64,000 bases of DNA from a virus (lineage: Duplodnaviria; Caudoviricetes). The position numbers and the translations under genes were made by a program. Position 1 is the first letter of the stretch, and each line of letters starts with the position of its first letter. The notes below the pieces were generated by a model. It made no database searches. It had not been told where the DNA came from and worked only from the letters and a program-made list of their open reading frames with translations. The stretch lies in IMG/VR virus record IMGVR_UViG_3300031993_000004, positions 96,001 to 160,000 of that record. One strand, written 5' to 3'. Below are positions 19,052 to 29,180 of the stretch, piece by piece.

Positions 19052-20542
19052 GTGAAAACATTAAAACCATCGATGTGGAAAAACATCGCGTCGATATTGT
19101 TGTCCAATCATGATGAATGGAAGACATCTAAAAATATGATTCTGTTTGCACGTGCTGTGAGTACCTACCCGAGCAAATCAGAATACTATCTGACGTGTGA
19201 ACGTGTGATTCATTATATGGAACAGAACATCCTGTCAGTTCCAATGATCATTGAGACCATGAGAAATGAGGGTGAGACGGACGATGTATTGGAAGTTGCT
19301 GAATTGCTGAGTCAGCAACCTACCATCAAAACACTTGCAGAGGTGCAGCGTCTTTGTACGGTGTTGGCAGACTATGTGAAATATGCAAAGATCTTGAAAG
19401 TCAAGGAGTCTTTTCTGAAGACACTTGATATGATTGATGAAGATGATGCCAACATCAAAACGACAGTTGATACTCTGTATCGTATATCAAATGAGATTGT
19501 GACTGCGTATAACTCAGCAGCATTCACACAAGCAACGTGTTCATTTGATTCTGACAATGCTGAAGAAATGAGAAACGGTATTGCAGAAGCAAAAGATGCA
19601 CGCTCGTCAGATAAGACAATCATCACAGGTATTCGTGGTTTGAATAATCTTTTGTCACCAGGATATCTGTCTGGATGTTTATACATATATGCGGCATTGC
19701 CCGGTTGTTACAAAAGCGGTATTCTGTTACAATCGCATATTGACACCTGTAAATACAATGAGCATATCAAGCATACAACAAATGGAAAGACACCGATCTC
19801 TATCTATATCTCGATGGAGAATACGATGGCACAGACCATTCGTCGTGTATGGTCATTGTTATTCCCGACTGCAGACTTGTCAATGTTCACTGTCGATGAA
19901 GCGATGGAGATGATCAATCGCGAGCTCACGACAAAAGGATTCCGTTCTGTTATTCTGTATTATGGATATCGCGAGAAATCCACTGCAGATCTGTATGATA
20001 TCATTCGTGGTTATAATGATGACAACCATCAGGTCGTCGCATTGTTCTTGGATTACATCAAGCGTATTCGTTCTGCACGTACTGATGCAGCAGCAACAAA
20101 TTCTGAAAAGTCTGAGCTTCATGCGATTATGAATGAGCTGAAGACGATTGCATCACAATTTGACATTCCTGTTGTATCTGGTCACCAGCTGAACAGAGCC
20201 GCAGCATCTGCAGTCGATACTGTTGTTGCATCTGGTGGATATGCAAAGACATCTGAAGTTCTTGGAAGATCACAGATTTCTGTTGCATGGGAAATCATGG
20301 AAGTTGCTGACTGGCTGTCGGTCATGAACATTGAGAATGACGGCGAGAACAAGATGCTGATGATCAAGGCTGTTAAACAGAGAGATCTTGATAGTAAGTC
20401 TGATGTTCAAATCACAGCAATCAGACATCCGTTCTTGTCACCAGATTCGTTCGCATTGCGTCAGGACATCATGGAGAATTGCTCGATTTCGACACCAATC
20501 TATACGGGCAAACACCAGCTGAATTATATGGCGAATATTTAA
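19052..20542 (+). CDS. DnaB-like replicative helicase (jumbo-phage type)
   Basis: Walker A variant ALPGCYKS, YISMEN, LFLDYIKRI, PVVSGHQLNR. Confidence 0.9.
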   Translation: MKTLKPSMWKNIASILLSNHDEWKTSKNMILFARAVSTYPSKSEYYLTCERVIHYMEQNILSVPMIIETMRNEGETDDVLEVAELLSQQPTIKTLAEVQRLCTVLADYVKYAKILKVKESFLKTLDMIDEDDANIKTTVDTLYRISNEIVTAYNSAAFTQATCSFDSDNAEEMRNGIAEAKDARSSDKTIITGIRGLNNLLSPGYLSGCLYIYAALPGCYKSGILLQSHIDTCKYNEHIKHTTNGKTPISIYISMENTMAQTIRRVWSLLFPTADLSMFTVDEAMEMINRELTTKGFRSVILYYGYREKSTADLYDIIRGYNDDNHQVVALFLDYIKRIRSARTDAAATNSEKSELHAIMNELKTIASQFDIPVVSGHQLNRAAASAVDTVVASGGYAKTSEVLGRSQISVAWEIMEVADWLSVMNIENDGENKMLMIKAVKQRDLDSKSDVQITAIRHPFLSPDSFALRQDIMENCSISTPIYTGKHQLNYMANI

Positions 20543-20631
20543 TTATTTTTCGCACATATATAATTTATCGGATTACGGGTGACACTCTGTTACTCCGTGA
20601 TTGAGAAAATCTTTAAGGAGGATTTAGCATC

Positions 20632-21261
20632 ATGATTGAGCAGTATCAATCACACATTCTCAAACCTGCTGAAGTGGTCGATTATTCCGCTGAATTGATC
20701 CACGGTTTGAGACCCGAGACCATCCAGAATGAACCACTGATTGGTTTCAAGGTGCTGGTCAGAGACACGAACGCGCATATCACTTCTCCTGCAGCGAGAT
20801 TCCAGTTTCTGGAAACGAATCTTGGATTCCTGCAGAACAGTGGTTGTATCCTTCGTGAGAGCCAGCCGAATGAAGCTCTCGATGGATTCTGGGTAATCAC
20901 ATTCCCGGTACCGCAGTCCAACCTCTCAACTCAGATTATGAATCTGACGAGAATCCTGGATTGCCTCACAGCATCGTTCGGTATCATTCCGGCAAATGTT
21001 GTTGAGATTTCGGTGTCGGGACGTTGTGGTATCGGCGAAACTGAATGGCGTTTGGCGAACATCAATCTTCCGATGAATCTTCGTCAGGGTCTGGTTGAGC
21101 CGACCAACACTCCGTATAAATTGGGACACCTCATCAGAATCAATGATGATTTCGCGATTCTTCGCACCATGTGGGATTGGCGGATTTGTGGTTCTACCAC
21201 GAATTCCCACCTGAGCGATTTGCTCGTGATTCCTCAGCTGCTCTGTGGGATGTTCCATTAA
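20632..21261 (+). CDS. Hypothetical protein
   Basis: 209 aa; AAGGAGG RBS; first gene after an early-type motif at ~20543-20566. Confidence 0.75.
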   Translation: MIEQYQSHILKPAEVVDYSAELIHGLRPETIQNEPLIGFKVLVRDTNAHITSPAARFQFLETNLGFLQNSGCILRESQPNEALDGFWVITFPVPQSNLSTQIMNLTRILDCLTASFGIIPANVVEISVSGRCGIGETEWRLANINLPMNLRQGLVEPTNTPYKLGHLIRINDDFAILRTMWDWRICGSTTNSHLSDLLVIPQLLCGMFH

Positions 21262-21283
21262 AAATCCAAAGGAGGAAACACAT

Positions 21284-21985
21284 ATGTCCATCTTCAACGT
21301 TAACCCCGATCCCGATTGGCCGGTACTGACCGGACCCGGCTTTGTCCAGGCGACGTATCAGCCGTACAATCAGCCGATGGGTGCTCCGTCTTACTATTAC
21401 AATGGTATGACGGTGGTTCCCACAACTCCGCAGGTCGGTATGCAGCCGGATTCTCGCAGATATGATACACAGCCTCCTGCGTATCAGCAGACTGCGATGT
21501 TCCAGCAGCCTGTTGCACAGCAGCCGCAGACATTCGGCTTCAATCAGCTTGCAGAGAGCAGACGGACTCAGACCACAGCTCCTACAGCAGTGAATCCGTG
21601 GGCAGTCCAGCCGGTACAGCAGGCACAGGCTGTGATGCAGCCTGTATTCCAGCAGCCGGTATATCAGCAGTTCGTTCCGCAGACACAGGTGACGACTGTT
21701 TCGTATCCGGTCACGTTCAGTGCAGGTGGTCCGTATGCAGCGCTGAGCGCATGCCATCCGATGATCAATAAGAAAAATGCATGGGGTGAGCAGCAGGTGT
21801 ACAATCCGACTCCGGCTCCGGTGATCAACTGGGCAAACGTCGGTGTTCAGACCGCGCCGCAGCAGTGCACCTATGCACTTCAGCCGATGGCACAGCAGCC
21901 GCAGATGACATATCCGCAGCCGGTATTCCAGCAGCCGGTGCAGCAGAGCTGGGAGGAGTTGGCAAAACAGAACTTCTGCAAGTGA
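21284..21985 (+). CDS. Q/P-rich low-complexity (prion-like) protein
   Basis: Start MSIFNV after AAAGGAGG. Repeated FQQPV units, periodically spaced Trp motifs, and APQQCTY. Confidence 0.8.
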   Translation: MSIFNVNPDPDWPVLTGPGFVQATYQPYNQPMGAPSYYYNGMTVVPTTPQVGMQPDSRRYDTQPPAYQQTAMFQQPVAQQPQTFGFNQLAESRRTQTTAPTAVNPWAVQPVQQAQAVMQPVFQQPVYQQFVPQTQVTTVSYPVTFSAGGPYAALSACHPMINKKNAWGEQQVYNPTPAPVINWANVGVQTAPQQCTYALQPMAQQPQMTYPQPVFQQPVQQSWEELAKQNFCK

Positions 21986-21996
21986 GGTGAATGTGA

Positions 21997-22827
21997 ATGA
22001 TCGTGGAATATCGGTCACGAATATTACAGCTTCCTCAAGAAGTTCGAGAAGGCTTGGCGGAGGTGTCATATCAAATCGGTATGACGCCTTCCGCAAGACG
22101 GGAAAGATGCATAAATGTCTTAAAGGAGCACAATATTCCGTTCAAAGATATTGGCACGGGGACGAATCGGTTCATCATTCGTTATGATGGTTTTGCGTTA
22201 AAGATCGCATTGGATGCCGAGGGTATTGCTGACAATAAACAAGAATGGGTTATGAGTTCTAAACTGGCACCGGATGTTGCGCCAGCACATGATATTAGTG
22301 ATGGAGGCCACCTTTTGGTGGCCTCTTATGCACCCGCCTTTTCGAATTATCAGGAATTTATTTCATTCCGTCCGCAAATCGTTGCCATTCTTCGGAAGTG
22401 GTCAACACGATATTTGTTGGGCGATGTCGGAATCACGCGCATTAATTATGCAAACTGGGGTATGCTGGGTAACAGACCAGTGTGTATCGATTATGCGTAT
22501 ATATTCCCAGTATCGATGGATGTATTCACATGTGTTTGTGGATGTAAGGAAATGACGTTCACAGATGAATCGTATACGGAATACAAGTGTAGTAATCCCG
22601 AGTGTGGTCTCACGTATACTGATAGAGATTTGCGTTCCAAGATCTCTCAAAAGGAACGATTTGATCTGTTCAAAAACGTGTCTGAAAATGCGGTGAGGAT
22701 GACATCAGCAACACAGCAGATGGAAGTCGATGATTATTTGGTGTCGAAAGCAAATGATCCCGACATGCCAGATCCTGTTGAGGTCATCACACAGGCAAAC
22801 AATCACTGGGGTTATCCAAAACTTTAA
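21997..22827 (+). CDS. Protein-kinase-fold enzyme with C-terminal Zn ribbon
   Basis: Gly-loop IGTGTNR, ALKIA Lys, NKQEW Glu, catalytic GDV...ANWG, IDYAY (DFG equivalent); CVCGC...CSNPEC. Confidence 0.75.
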   Translation: MIVEYRSRILQLPQEVREGLAEVSYQIGMTPSARRERCINVLKEHNIPFKDIGTGTNRFIIRYDGFALKIALDAEGIADNKQEWVMSSKLAPDVAPAHDISDGGHLLVASYAPAFSNYQEFISFRPQIVAILRKWSTRYLLGDVGITRINYANWGMLGNRPVCIDYAYIFPVSMDVFTCVCGCKEMTFTDESYTEYKCSNPECGLTYTDRDLRSKISQKERFDLFKNVSENAVRMTSATQQMEVDDYLVSKANDPDMPDPVEVITQANNHWGYPKL

Positions 22828-22844
22828 TCGAAAGGAGTACCAAA

Positions 22845-23468
22845 ATGCTGTATACACATGTAATCAAAACTGCTGGGGGAGTTGCGAGTGCCCCCAGCAA
22901 AGAATCTCCGTCAGAATTGGTTACATTGCTTCGCCAGTTGGCAGCAAAGAACGATACCCCGATGCCAAAGGTCGTTGCAGAATCAATCCGCACGGATTAT
23001 GATGTTCGGCTGATTCTGGAGTACGCGATGGAATTCCAGAAAAAGTATTTCCCGAAAACTCCATTGGCAAAGGATCTTGTGAAGCAGTTCATTTACAATG
23101 TTCCTGACAATGTTATGGCTGGAATCCGGTATGCACAAAACCATCCCGAGTTGGCAGATATCCTGAATCCGGTCATCTTCCTGTATCCGTTGTTGATGGT
23201 CAATCCGTCTGATTCAAATGGTGTGTTCTTGATGCAACTGAAAGAACTTTTCGATGGCAGTCGCGAAGCTATTGAAAAGGATGTCACAGATTTCATCAAC
23301 TTCCAAAATGAATCTAACGACGATATTGTTCCGGACATCACAGAACCAGCAGCCGAGGAAGACGTTGACGAATACGATGAACCGGCAGAAGAACTGACAG
23401 ACTATGAGCCGGACGGCGACCCGGATGATGAAAGTGACGAATTGGAGGACATGATTTATGGCGAATAA
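22845..23468 (+). CDS. Hypothetical protein with highly acidic C-terminal tail
   Basis: AAAGGAG RBS; last ~50 aa are D/E-rich. Confidence 0.75.
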   Translation: MLYTHVIKTAGGVASAPSKESPSELVTLLRQLAAKNDTPMPKVVAESIRTDYDVRLILEYAMEFQKKYFPKTPLAKDLVKQFIYNVPDNVMAGIRYAQNHPELADILNPVIFLYPLLMVNPSDSNGVFLMQLKELFDGSREAIEKDVTDFINFQNESNDDIVPDITEPAAEEDVDEYDEPAEELTDYEPDGDPDDESDELEDMIYGE

Positions 23469-24699
23469 TGACGCAAAAGATATCAAGTTTACCGGAGACC
23501 CCGTTGCATTTGACGGGGTTGAAGGTAAACGTGATCCTAAAACTGGAAAAGGTCGTTTTGATCTGATTCCAGAAGAAGTGTATCCCGTGATCTTTGATCA
23601 AATCGATCAGTTCAATGGTCTTCCCGGAAGAGATGTGTGTTATGATCCGATGCTGATATACCATAATATTGCTAAGGAAAACTGGGTCTATGCCATTATC
23701 CAAATGACAATATATGGATATCGTGATGAGAGACCTCCGGTCGATAGTAACGCCAATTGTCTTTGGTTGTGCCCACCGAAAGAGATCATTGGCTGTTTCT
23801 GGAAAATGCTGCAAGATTTAGCAATTCATTTCCAGAAGGGCGCGGAGCACTACGGTGAAAGGAATTGCCAAAGAGGGATCCCGCTGTGGAGCTTCAAGGA
23901 TTCTGCGTTGCGCCATGCAACACAGACATTCTCTGGTAAGACTGATGAACCGCATCTGATTTCAGTCATCTGGAATTGCTGGATGGCAGAATGGACAGTT
24001 CTCAATGACGAAGCCAAGACTTCATCCGTTCCGACTACAAAAGAAGAAATCAGTAATGTTCTGGAAAAATACGGGATTTCAGTTTGCGATATTCCGGATG
24101 AGGAGATGCAGGAGAAGATTGCTGCGATTGATATATGTATCAATGATTTCTTAGCAACAGTCAAAGCCAACGAAGGAAATGGACCGGTAATGAGAAGAGA
24201 GTTCTTCCGTGTATTTAAGGAGGATATCCTCAATATTCCGAATAACGTGGGATTTGGGCTCGTGTTTAAGAGATTGACTGAACGGATTCTGGAACCGAAC
24301 ATATCTGGCACTCGTCGTTTATATCTGAAATATTTGCAAGATTATGTCAATAATCTTGACACTGACGAGGATGCGATCTTCGAAAGCATGGATGACGAGC
24401 TGATGATAACCAGAACCGATTCTCCATACGATAGAATCGATGGCTTGCTCACAGATCTCGTCATGAGTGGTCCACACAATAACCACAACAAGGAATATAC
24501 CACTCAAGAGTTCATCAATACATTTATCTCAGATACATTAAGCGGACATGTTTCATTACAACTTGCAAGAAAACGTACTAAGGAACGAATGAAGACATAT
24601 CCAGAAGGATCTGTGCAATATTCTAAATTACAGACTGTCGTTGACGCATTGAATCGTCGGATCAATCTTGATTCTTACGAAGAATCTATTAATAAATGA
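23458..24699 (+). CDS. dATP/dGTP diphosphohydrolase-domain (DUF5664-like) protein with C-terminal extension
   Basis: GKGRFDLIP...HFQKGAEHYGERN..RGIP..SFKDSALRH...EPHL....WN is the characteristic pattern of this family. Confidence 0.75.
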   Translation: MANNDAKDIKFTGDPVAFDGVEGKRDPKTGKGRFDLIPEEVYPVIFDQIDQFNGLPGRDVCYDPMLIYHNIAKENWVYAIIQMTIYGYRDERPPVDSNANCLWLCPPKEIIGCFWKMLQDLAIHFQKGAEHYGERNCQRGIPLWSFKDSALRHATQTFSGKTDEPHLISVIWNCWMAEWTVLNDEAKTSSVPTTKEEISNVLEKYGISVCDIPDEEMQEKIAAIDICINDFLATVKANEGNGPVMRREFFRVFKEDILNIPNNVGFGLVFKRLTERILEPNISGTRRLYLKYLQDYVNNLDTDEDAIFESMDDELMITRTDSPYDRIDGLLTDLVMSGPHNNHNKEYTTQEFINTFISDTLSGHVSLQLARKRTKERMKTYPEGSVQYSKLQTVVDALNRRINLDSYEESINK

Positions 24700-24733
24700 G
24701 ATATATATCATTAATCCGAAAGGAGATGGTATA

Positions 24734-25657
24734 ATGATTTTATGTTCTCGACGTGTATTCCTGAATGTTGTCACCCAGCTATATGACCTGCACACACTGA
24801 TCAATGCAAACTATTTTCTGGTGGATCAGATTAAGCCAACCGGTATGGCGTCATTCCTTGATGAACCTAAGATCGGCATGAGTGGAGAACTTACGTTTGC
24901 TCCGAGTTTGGATTTCAATGATGAACCAAAGCAAGCATTCTATAAGTACTTTATCCACTATTCGAAGGTCTTGGATATGGCACCATATTTCTCGGTGGTA
25001 TCCGCGTCCGGAATAAACGATTATACACCACCAATAGAACGCGTGATCAGACAGTTGAATGATCCGGAACGTCAAGCTTCGATTTATCAGGAGCTGTTTC
25101 AGACGAAGTTACAGGGAAATGGTCTGCAGTTTGTGATCATTGCATCAGATATCGCAGCTCAGGAGTGTGGTCATGTTATATGCACATTCTTGGCATCTGA
25201 ATTTGGTGCAGATATTACATTCGTTGATCCGGCATATCGTCCGAAGACGAAAGGTCAACTGCAATATGTTGGAGACAAGATTCGCGGTGAACAACACATT
25301 CACGAACTTCGTGATATGATATTCTGTATGTCCGTCCAGTCGGCACTTGATAGTGCTAAGTTTGGAAATGGATTGATGAATCTGGAAGCGTACTTCGACA
25401 ATGATGCGTTCACAATCGAAGATATGTTCCATGCGTATCACCTGTTGTTCCCAAATGATCGTCTTCCGCCTGGGGAATACACGATTCCTCATATGAAGAA
25501 AATGATTATCGGCAGATTGTTGGATTCGACTGGAAAGAGTAATGAATTCAAGATTGCGAAAGATCTCGGTGTTGACTTCTATGCGTATGACAACATGATT
25601 GACCAATATACCGATAGTCTGACGACACCGGAGGAAGACTTTTCAGGATACTCATGA
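24734..25657 (+). CDS. Hypothetical protein
   Basis: Start MILCSRR after AAAGGAG; GATATATATCATT motif just upstream. Confidence 0.75.
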   Translation: MILCSRRVFLNVVTQLYDLHTLINANYFLVDQIKPTGMASFLDEPKIGMSGELTFAPSLDFNDEPKQAFYKYFIHYSKVLDMAPYFSVVSASGINDYTPPIERVIRQLNDPERQASIYQELFQTKLQGNGLQFVIIASDIAAQECGHVICTFLASEFGADITFVDPAYRPKTKGQLQYVGDKIRGEQHIHELRDMIFCMSVQSALDSAKFGNGLMNLEAYFDNDAFTIEDMFHAYHLLFPNDRLPPGEYTIPHMKKMIIGRLLDSTGKSNEFKIAKDLGVDFYAYDNMIDQYTDSLTTPEEDFSGYS

Positions 25658-25659
25658 TG

Positions 25660-25698
25660 AAGATGGGGGCAAATCGCCCCCATCTTTCTTTTTTCTTT
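25660..25698 (+). terminator. Intrinsic terminator
   Basis: AAGATGGGGGC-AAATC-GCCCCCATCTT followed by a T-tract. Confidence 0.85.
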
Positions 25699-25742
25699 GA
25701 AAACGAATTCGTAATACTTTTACGAAAGGAGCTGTCTCTGTT

Positions 25743-28700
25743 ATGACCAATTTCCAATTGGAAAAGAATCAAAAACGAAATCCGATGGCAGAGTATCTGT
25801 TCAAGATTCAACAAATTGTCACAAATACTTCATTCAAAGACAAGGACGAAGCCGCTCGGTATGAGACGCTTGATATGAAACTGAATGGCGAGAAATATAT
25901 CCGTGCCAAAACAGAACGTGATATATTCGAGTCATACGAATATGATCCGAGATATGTTTACCAGGTATTGCTGGAATCGGGAATCAACGAAATGCGAATT
26001 CCTGCGATGGTTGAAAACATGTCGCTGATCCCGCCTGCAATCCGAAACAAACTGATGATTGATGCACGCGAGCAGTTCATCCAGAATTATACTGAAGAAA
26101 ATCCGTATTATGTCATGTTGGCTGGTAAACCGTTTCCCGGTTCAGTTAACATCCCACCCGAGAATGTGTTGACAATTCCTGATGAGTTCTATTATATCTA
26201 TCAGAACGTCAATGCAATCGAACGCAATCAGGCTGTTCATGAAATGCCGATCAAGTATCAAGAGTTATTCATGAACACGCCGTACTATCGGCAGATGTTG
26301 ATCGATTATCCAAAGAATCGATATCTGAAGTATCTGGGTTCGCATGCAATTCCATATGAAGTATCTCGTGCAGCGCACGACGGTGATATCATGAAGATTA
26401 ATGTTGACTCATTGTCAGCAGCGCATCCGGTCTTCGGTAATGTAACCGTCGAGCATCCGCTGATTCATCTGTTTACCAACACATATCATGAGACACATTC
26501 ATATGTGTACGGCGCGTTGCGCGGTGATTTTGGAGACATCTACGCAAACTATAATTCTTTCATCAGATTTTTGACGATATATATGGCAATCGGTGGATGC
26601 CTGAATAAGCTGATGAAGGACTCCGCATCCATGATCTATATCAATAAATCAACCGCAAACGATTTCTTCATGCTGTATGGTCTGCCTTCTGTAATCATGG
26701 AAGGAGCGTCCATGATTTCATTCTTGAAACAATTCAGAATGATCTTAATGGACAAGGGCACGAATATTGTATATCGTGTTAAGGATCTGATCGGTTATGA
26801 ATACACCGACATCTACACACTTGTCATGGTCAAGCAGCAAGTGTTTGAGAAAGGTCAACCGAAATACACTACCGACGAAAAAGGAAATCGCATTCCTGTT
26901 CAGGAAATCGTATTTCGTAGATTGGGTGTCACGGATGAGAATGTCTCATATTTCAAGTTCCGTGATTCTCGAGAGACGTATACATTGGAACAGATCACAT
27001 CCGGAGATCCTCGTTGGTGGAACACGCCGGAAGTTGATCAGATGTTGACAGACATGAATTATACATTGTCGAATTCCAAGTATATCCAGTTGTCGACACA
27101 TTTGTCTATGACAGATATCTATTGGCAATGTGTAATTCTGGTTCGCGGTCTTTTAGACAATCGATATGAAACGGAACACATTAATCTTGCAACGAATCTG
27201 AACATGGGTGGAGATTCAGAGATATCTGTATTTGATGCCGTGTTGATTCTCGAGATCCTGATGAACTGGCATATCACAACTGTACGCGGCGACTCTTTGC
27301 ACGGCGATATGTATTTGCCAAACGGAACATACGAGGGAATGGCTGCATGTGTTGATATGTTATTCAACGGATTGGATGAATATGGCAATCCGTTGCCATT
27401 GAAGCCAGGTCTTCCATTCAAGGTGTCTTCGTTCAACTTTGATTTTCCCGAAGAACATAGAGAATTCTTCAACCAGATTCTTCCTGAGATGGAATACATT
27501 GATCCTGATACGTTCATTCCAATGCTGAACCGAGTCTTCCAACGGCAAGAAAATAACATCGGTGAAGTATTAATGGGTGACGTTAAAAAGATATACCATT
27601 ATCTTGAACTGAAACTGCTTGGATGCGTAAACATCCATCAGTTCAGACAAGTCACCGATGTATTCAGCAGATTGTTCCTGGTTGATCCTGAACGCGACTG
27701 GTATGAAGAAGGTATGATCGATGTCGACGCGTATTTGTGCGAGACATACAGAATTTCATTGTACGAACTAAGCACGCTGAAGGCGTTCTTCAATTCTGAT
27801 ACTTCAAAACCGGAAGACTTTGACGTTGAATACAATGATAAAGTATATCCGATTTATTTGTATCAGATTATGAATGAAGATGTTTTGCATATTGAAATCA
27901 ATGGGGAAGTTCCTTTCCAGGACAACAGATTTGTCGAAGCATTCATCGCGGCATTTGATCAGTATCCACCGAATAAGGATGAAGATCCGGTCAAGAATTC
28001 GAACTTGCCGATTAACGTTCGCAATTCGTATAAGAGCATCATCTCGGATAAAGTCGTGCTCGATGTTGGTAATGGGCTGAATGGACCTAGAACATTTGAA
28101 GCTCTGTTGTTCAGAAATAATCCTGACATCTATAAGCATCTGATTTCTCTGAGAAGTAACTCTGAATCTCTGATACTGATCATGCGGTCCATCGTAAAAT
28201 CTCTCGAGAGCTACACGAACTCTGCTTTGACAGGTTTGGAATTCTCGGCAATCGGTCAACAGGAGTACTTCAAAATTTTGAAAGCCGTTATTAGTTACTT
28301 TAAATCATACATGGTTGAATATACGAAAGACGAATTCATTTACGTGTTTGATGGACTGTTCGACAATGGCGGAAACTCTAACATGCTGAATCTATATGAC
28401 GAGATTACGAGCGGAACGATTCGCATGGTTCCACAGGATTCATTGACACTTCATGATGCATCATGTGCTGTTAACGTATATAAATTCGGAGATGGTGGCT
28501 TGACGACAATGTATGACGAAATGCAAGTTCATCGCCGCGCAGCATACAAAAAAATCAAACAATTGGGATATGACATTATCTTTGACACACCATACGGGAT
28601 TACCAAATTCCCGATGGACGTACCAGGGGAAGACGACAAGATTGAATTCTCGGTGTATGAAGTTGACGGAAGTTATCAGGTAAGAATCTTCTTAAAATAA
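25743..28700 (+). CDS. Large putative virion structural protein (baseplate-wedge-like)
   Basis: 985 aa; YTEENPYY and DKGT motifs recall conserved jumbo-phage virion proteins; late-type motif at 25702-25713. Confidence 0.55.
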   Translation: MTNFQLEKNQKRNPMAEYLFKIQQIVTNTSFKDKDEAARYETLDMKLNGEKYIRAKTERDIFESYEYDPRYVYQVLLESGINEMRIPAMVENMSLIPPAIRNKLMIDAREQFIQNYTEENPYYVMLAGKPFPGSVNIPPENVLTIPDEFYYIYQNVNAIERNQAVHEMPIKYQELFMNTPYYRQMLIDYPKNRYLKYLGSHAIPYEVSRAAHDGDIMKINVDSLSAAHPVFGNVTVEHPLIHLFTNTYHETHSYVYGALRGDFGDIYANYNSFIRFLTIYMAIGGCLNKLMKDSASMIYINKSTANDFFMLYGLPSVIMEGASMISFLKQFRMILMDKGTNIVYRVKDLIGYEYTDIYTLVMVKQQVFEKGQPKYTTDEKGNRIPVQEIVFRRLGVTDENVSYFKFRDSRETYTLEQITSGDPRWWNTPEVDQMLTDMNYTLSNSKYIQLSTHLSMTDIYWQCVILVRGLLDNRYETEHINLATNLNMGGDSEISVFDAVLILEILMNWHITTVRGDSLHGDMYLPNGTYEGMAACVDMLFNGLDEYGNPLPLKPGLPFKVSSFNFDFPEEHREFFNQILPEMEYIDPDTFIPMLNRVFQRQENNIGEVLMGDVKKIYHYLELKLLGCVNIHQFRQVTDVFSRLFLVDPERDWYEEGMIDVDAYLCETYRISLYELSTLKAFFNSDTSKPEDFDVEYNDKVYPIYLYQIMNEDVLHIEINGEVPFQDNRFVEAFIAAFDQYPPNKDEDPVKNSNLPINVRNSYKSIISDKVVLDVGNGLNGPRTFEALLFRNNPDIYKHLISLRSNSESLILIMRSIVKSLESYTNSALTGLEFSAIGQQEYFKILKAVISYFKSYMVEYTKDEFIYVFDGLFDNGGNSNMLNLYDEITSGTIRMVPQDSLTLHDASCAVNVYKFGDGGLTTMYDEMQVHRRAAYKKIKQLGYDIIFDTPYGITKFPMDVPGEDDKIEFSVYEVDGSYQVRIFLK

Positions 28701-28708
28701 AAAATGAG

Positions 28709-28732
28709 ATGCGGGGGCTTTCGCCCCCGCAT
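28709..28732. terminator. Terminator hairpin between convergent genes
   Basis: ATGCGGGGGC-TTTC-GCCCCCGCAT. Confidence 0.8.
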
Positions 28733-28739
28733 TGTCATC

Positions 28740-29180
28740 TCATTGTGCTTTATCAACTGCGGTCGGATCGACCAGCACTTCAATCGTGCCGATCTTTCCT
28801 CCCATATTAAGTTGGACACAAGCCAGTCCGCTTGCGGGATCGATCCCTTTGAACTTCCCGTTGAACTTTGGCACGACCTCGCCGGTTGTTTGATTAAGTG
28901 TGCCCGCGGCGAGCACGACTTTTTCGTTCAGATCAATCGTCTGCACCGGTGGCTGCGGCTCGATAATTTCCGCTGCCACGGGTTCGGTGGAGCAACAGTC
29001 GTCAAACTCCTCCGGATCATATGTCATCGATCCGGCGGGCATCGGCATTGATGCCATCTTCCGACGTTCCCACCATCTGGTCGCCGCAACGTCGATCGCT
29101 GAGAGGACATTTTGTGTCGTCAGCGCGACGAGCATACCGGCGATTTCTGCACCGGTGATGCCGAACAGAACAAAACTCAT
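28740..29180 (-). CDS. Small putative membrane-associated early protein
   Basis: AAGGAGG RBS; hydrophobic N-terminus followed by AATRWWERR. Confidence 0.7.
   Translation of the reverse strand: MSFVLFGITGAEIAGMLVALTTQNVLSAIDVAATRWWERRKMASMPMPAGSMTYDPEEFDDCCSTEPVAAEIIEPQPPVQTIDLNEKVVLAAGTLNQTTGEVVPKFNGKFKGIDPASGLACVQLNMGGKIGTIEVLVDPTAVDKAQ

Noticed and set aside
13158-22096. Antisense ORFs 13158-13832 and 21194-22096 over the Q/P-rich genes
   Set aside because: Reverse complements of CAG/CCG-rich codons lack stops, giving L/R/C-rich artefacts.
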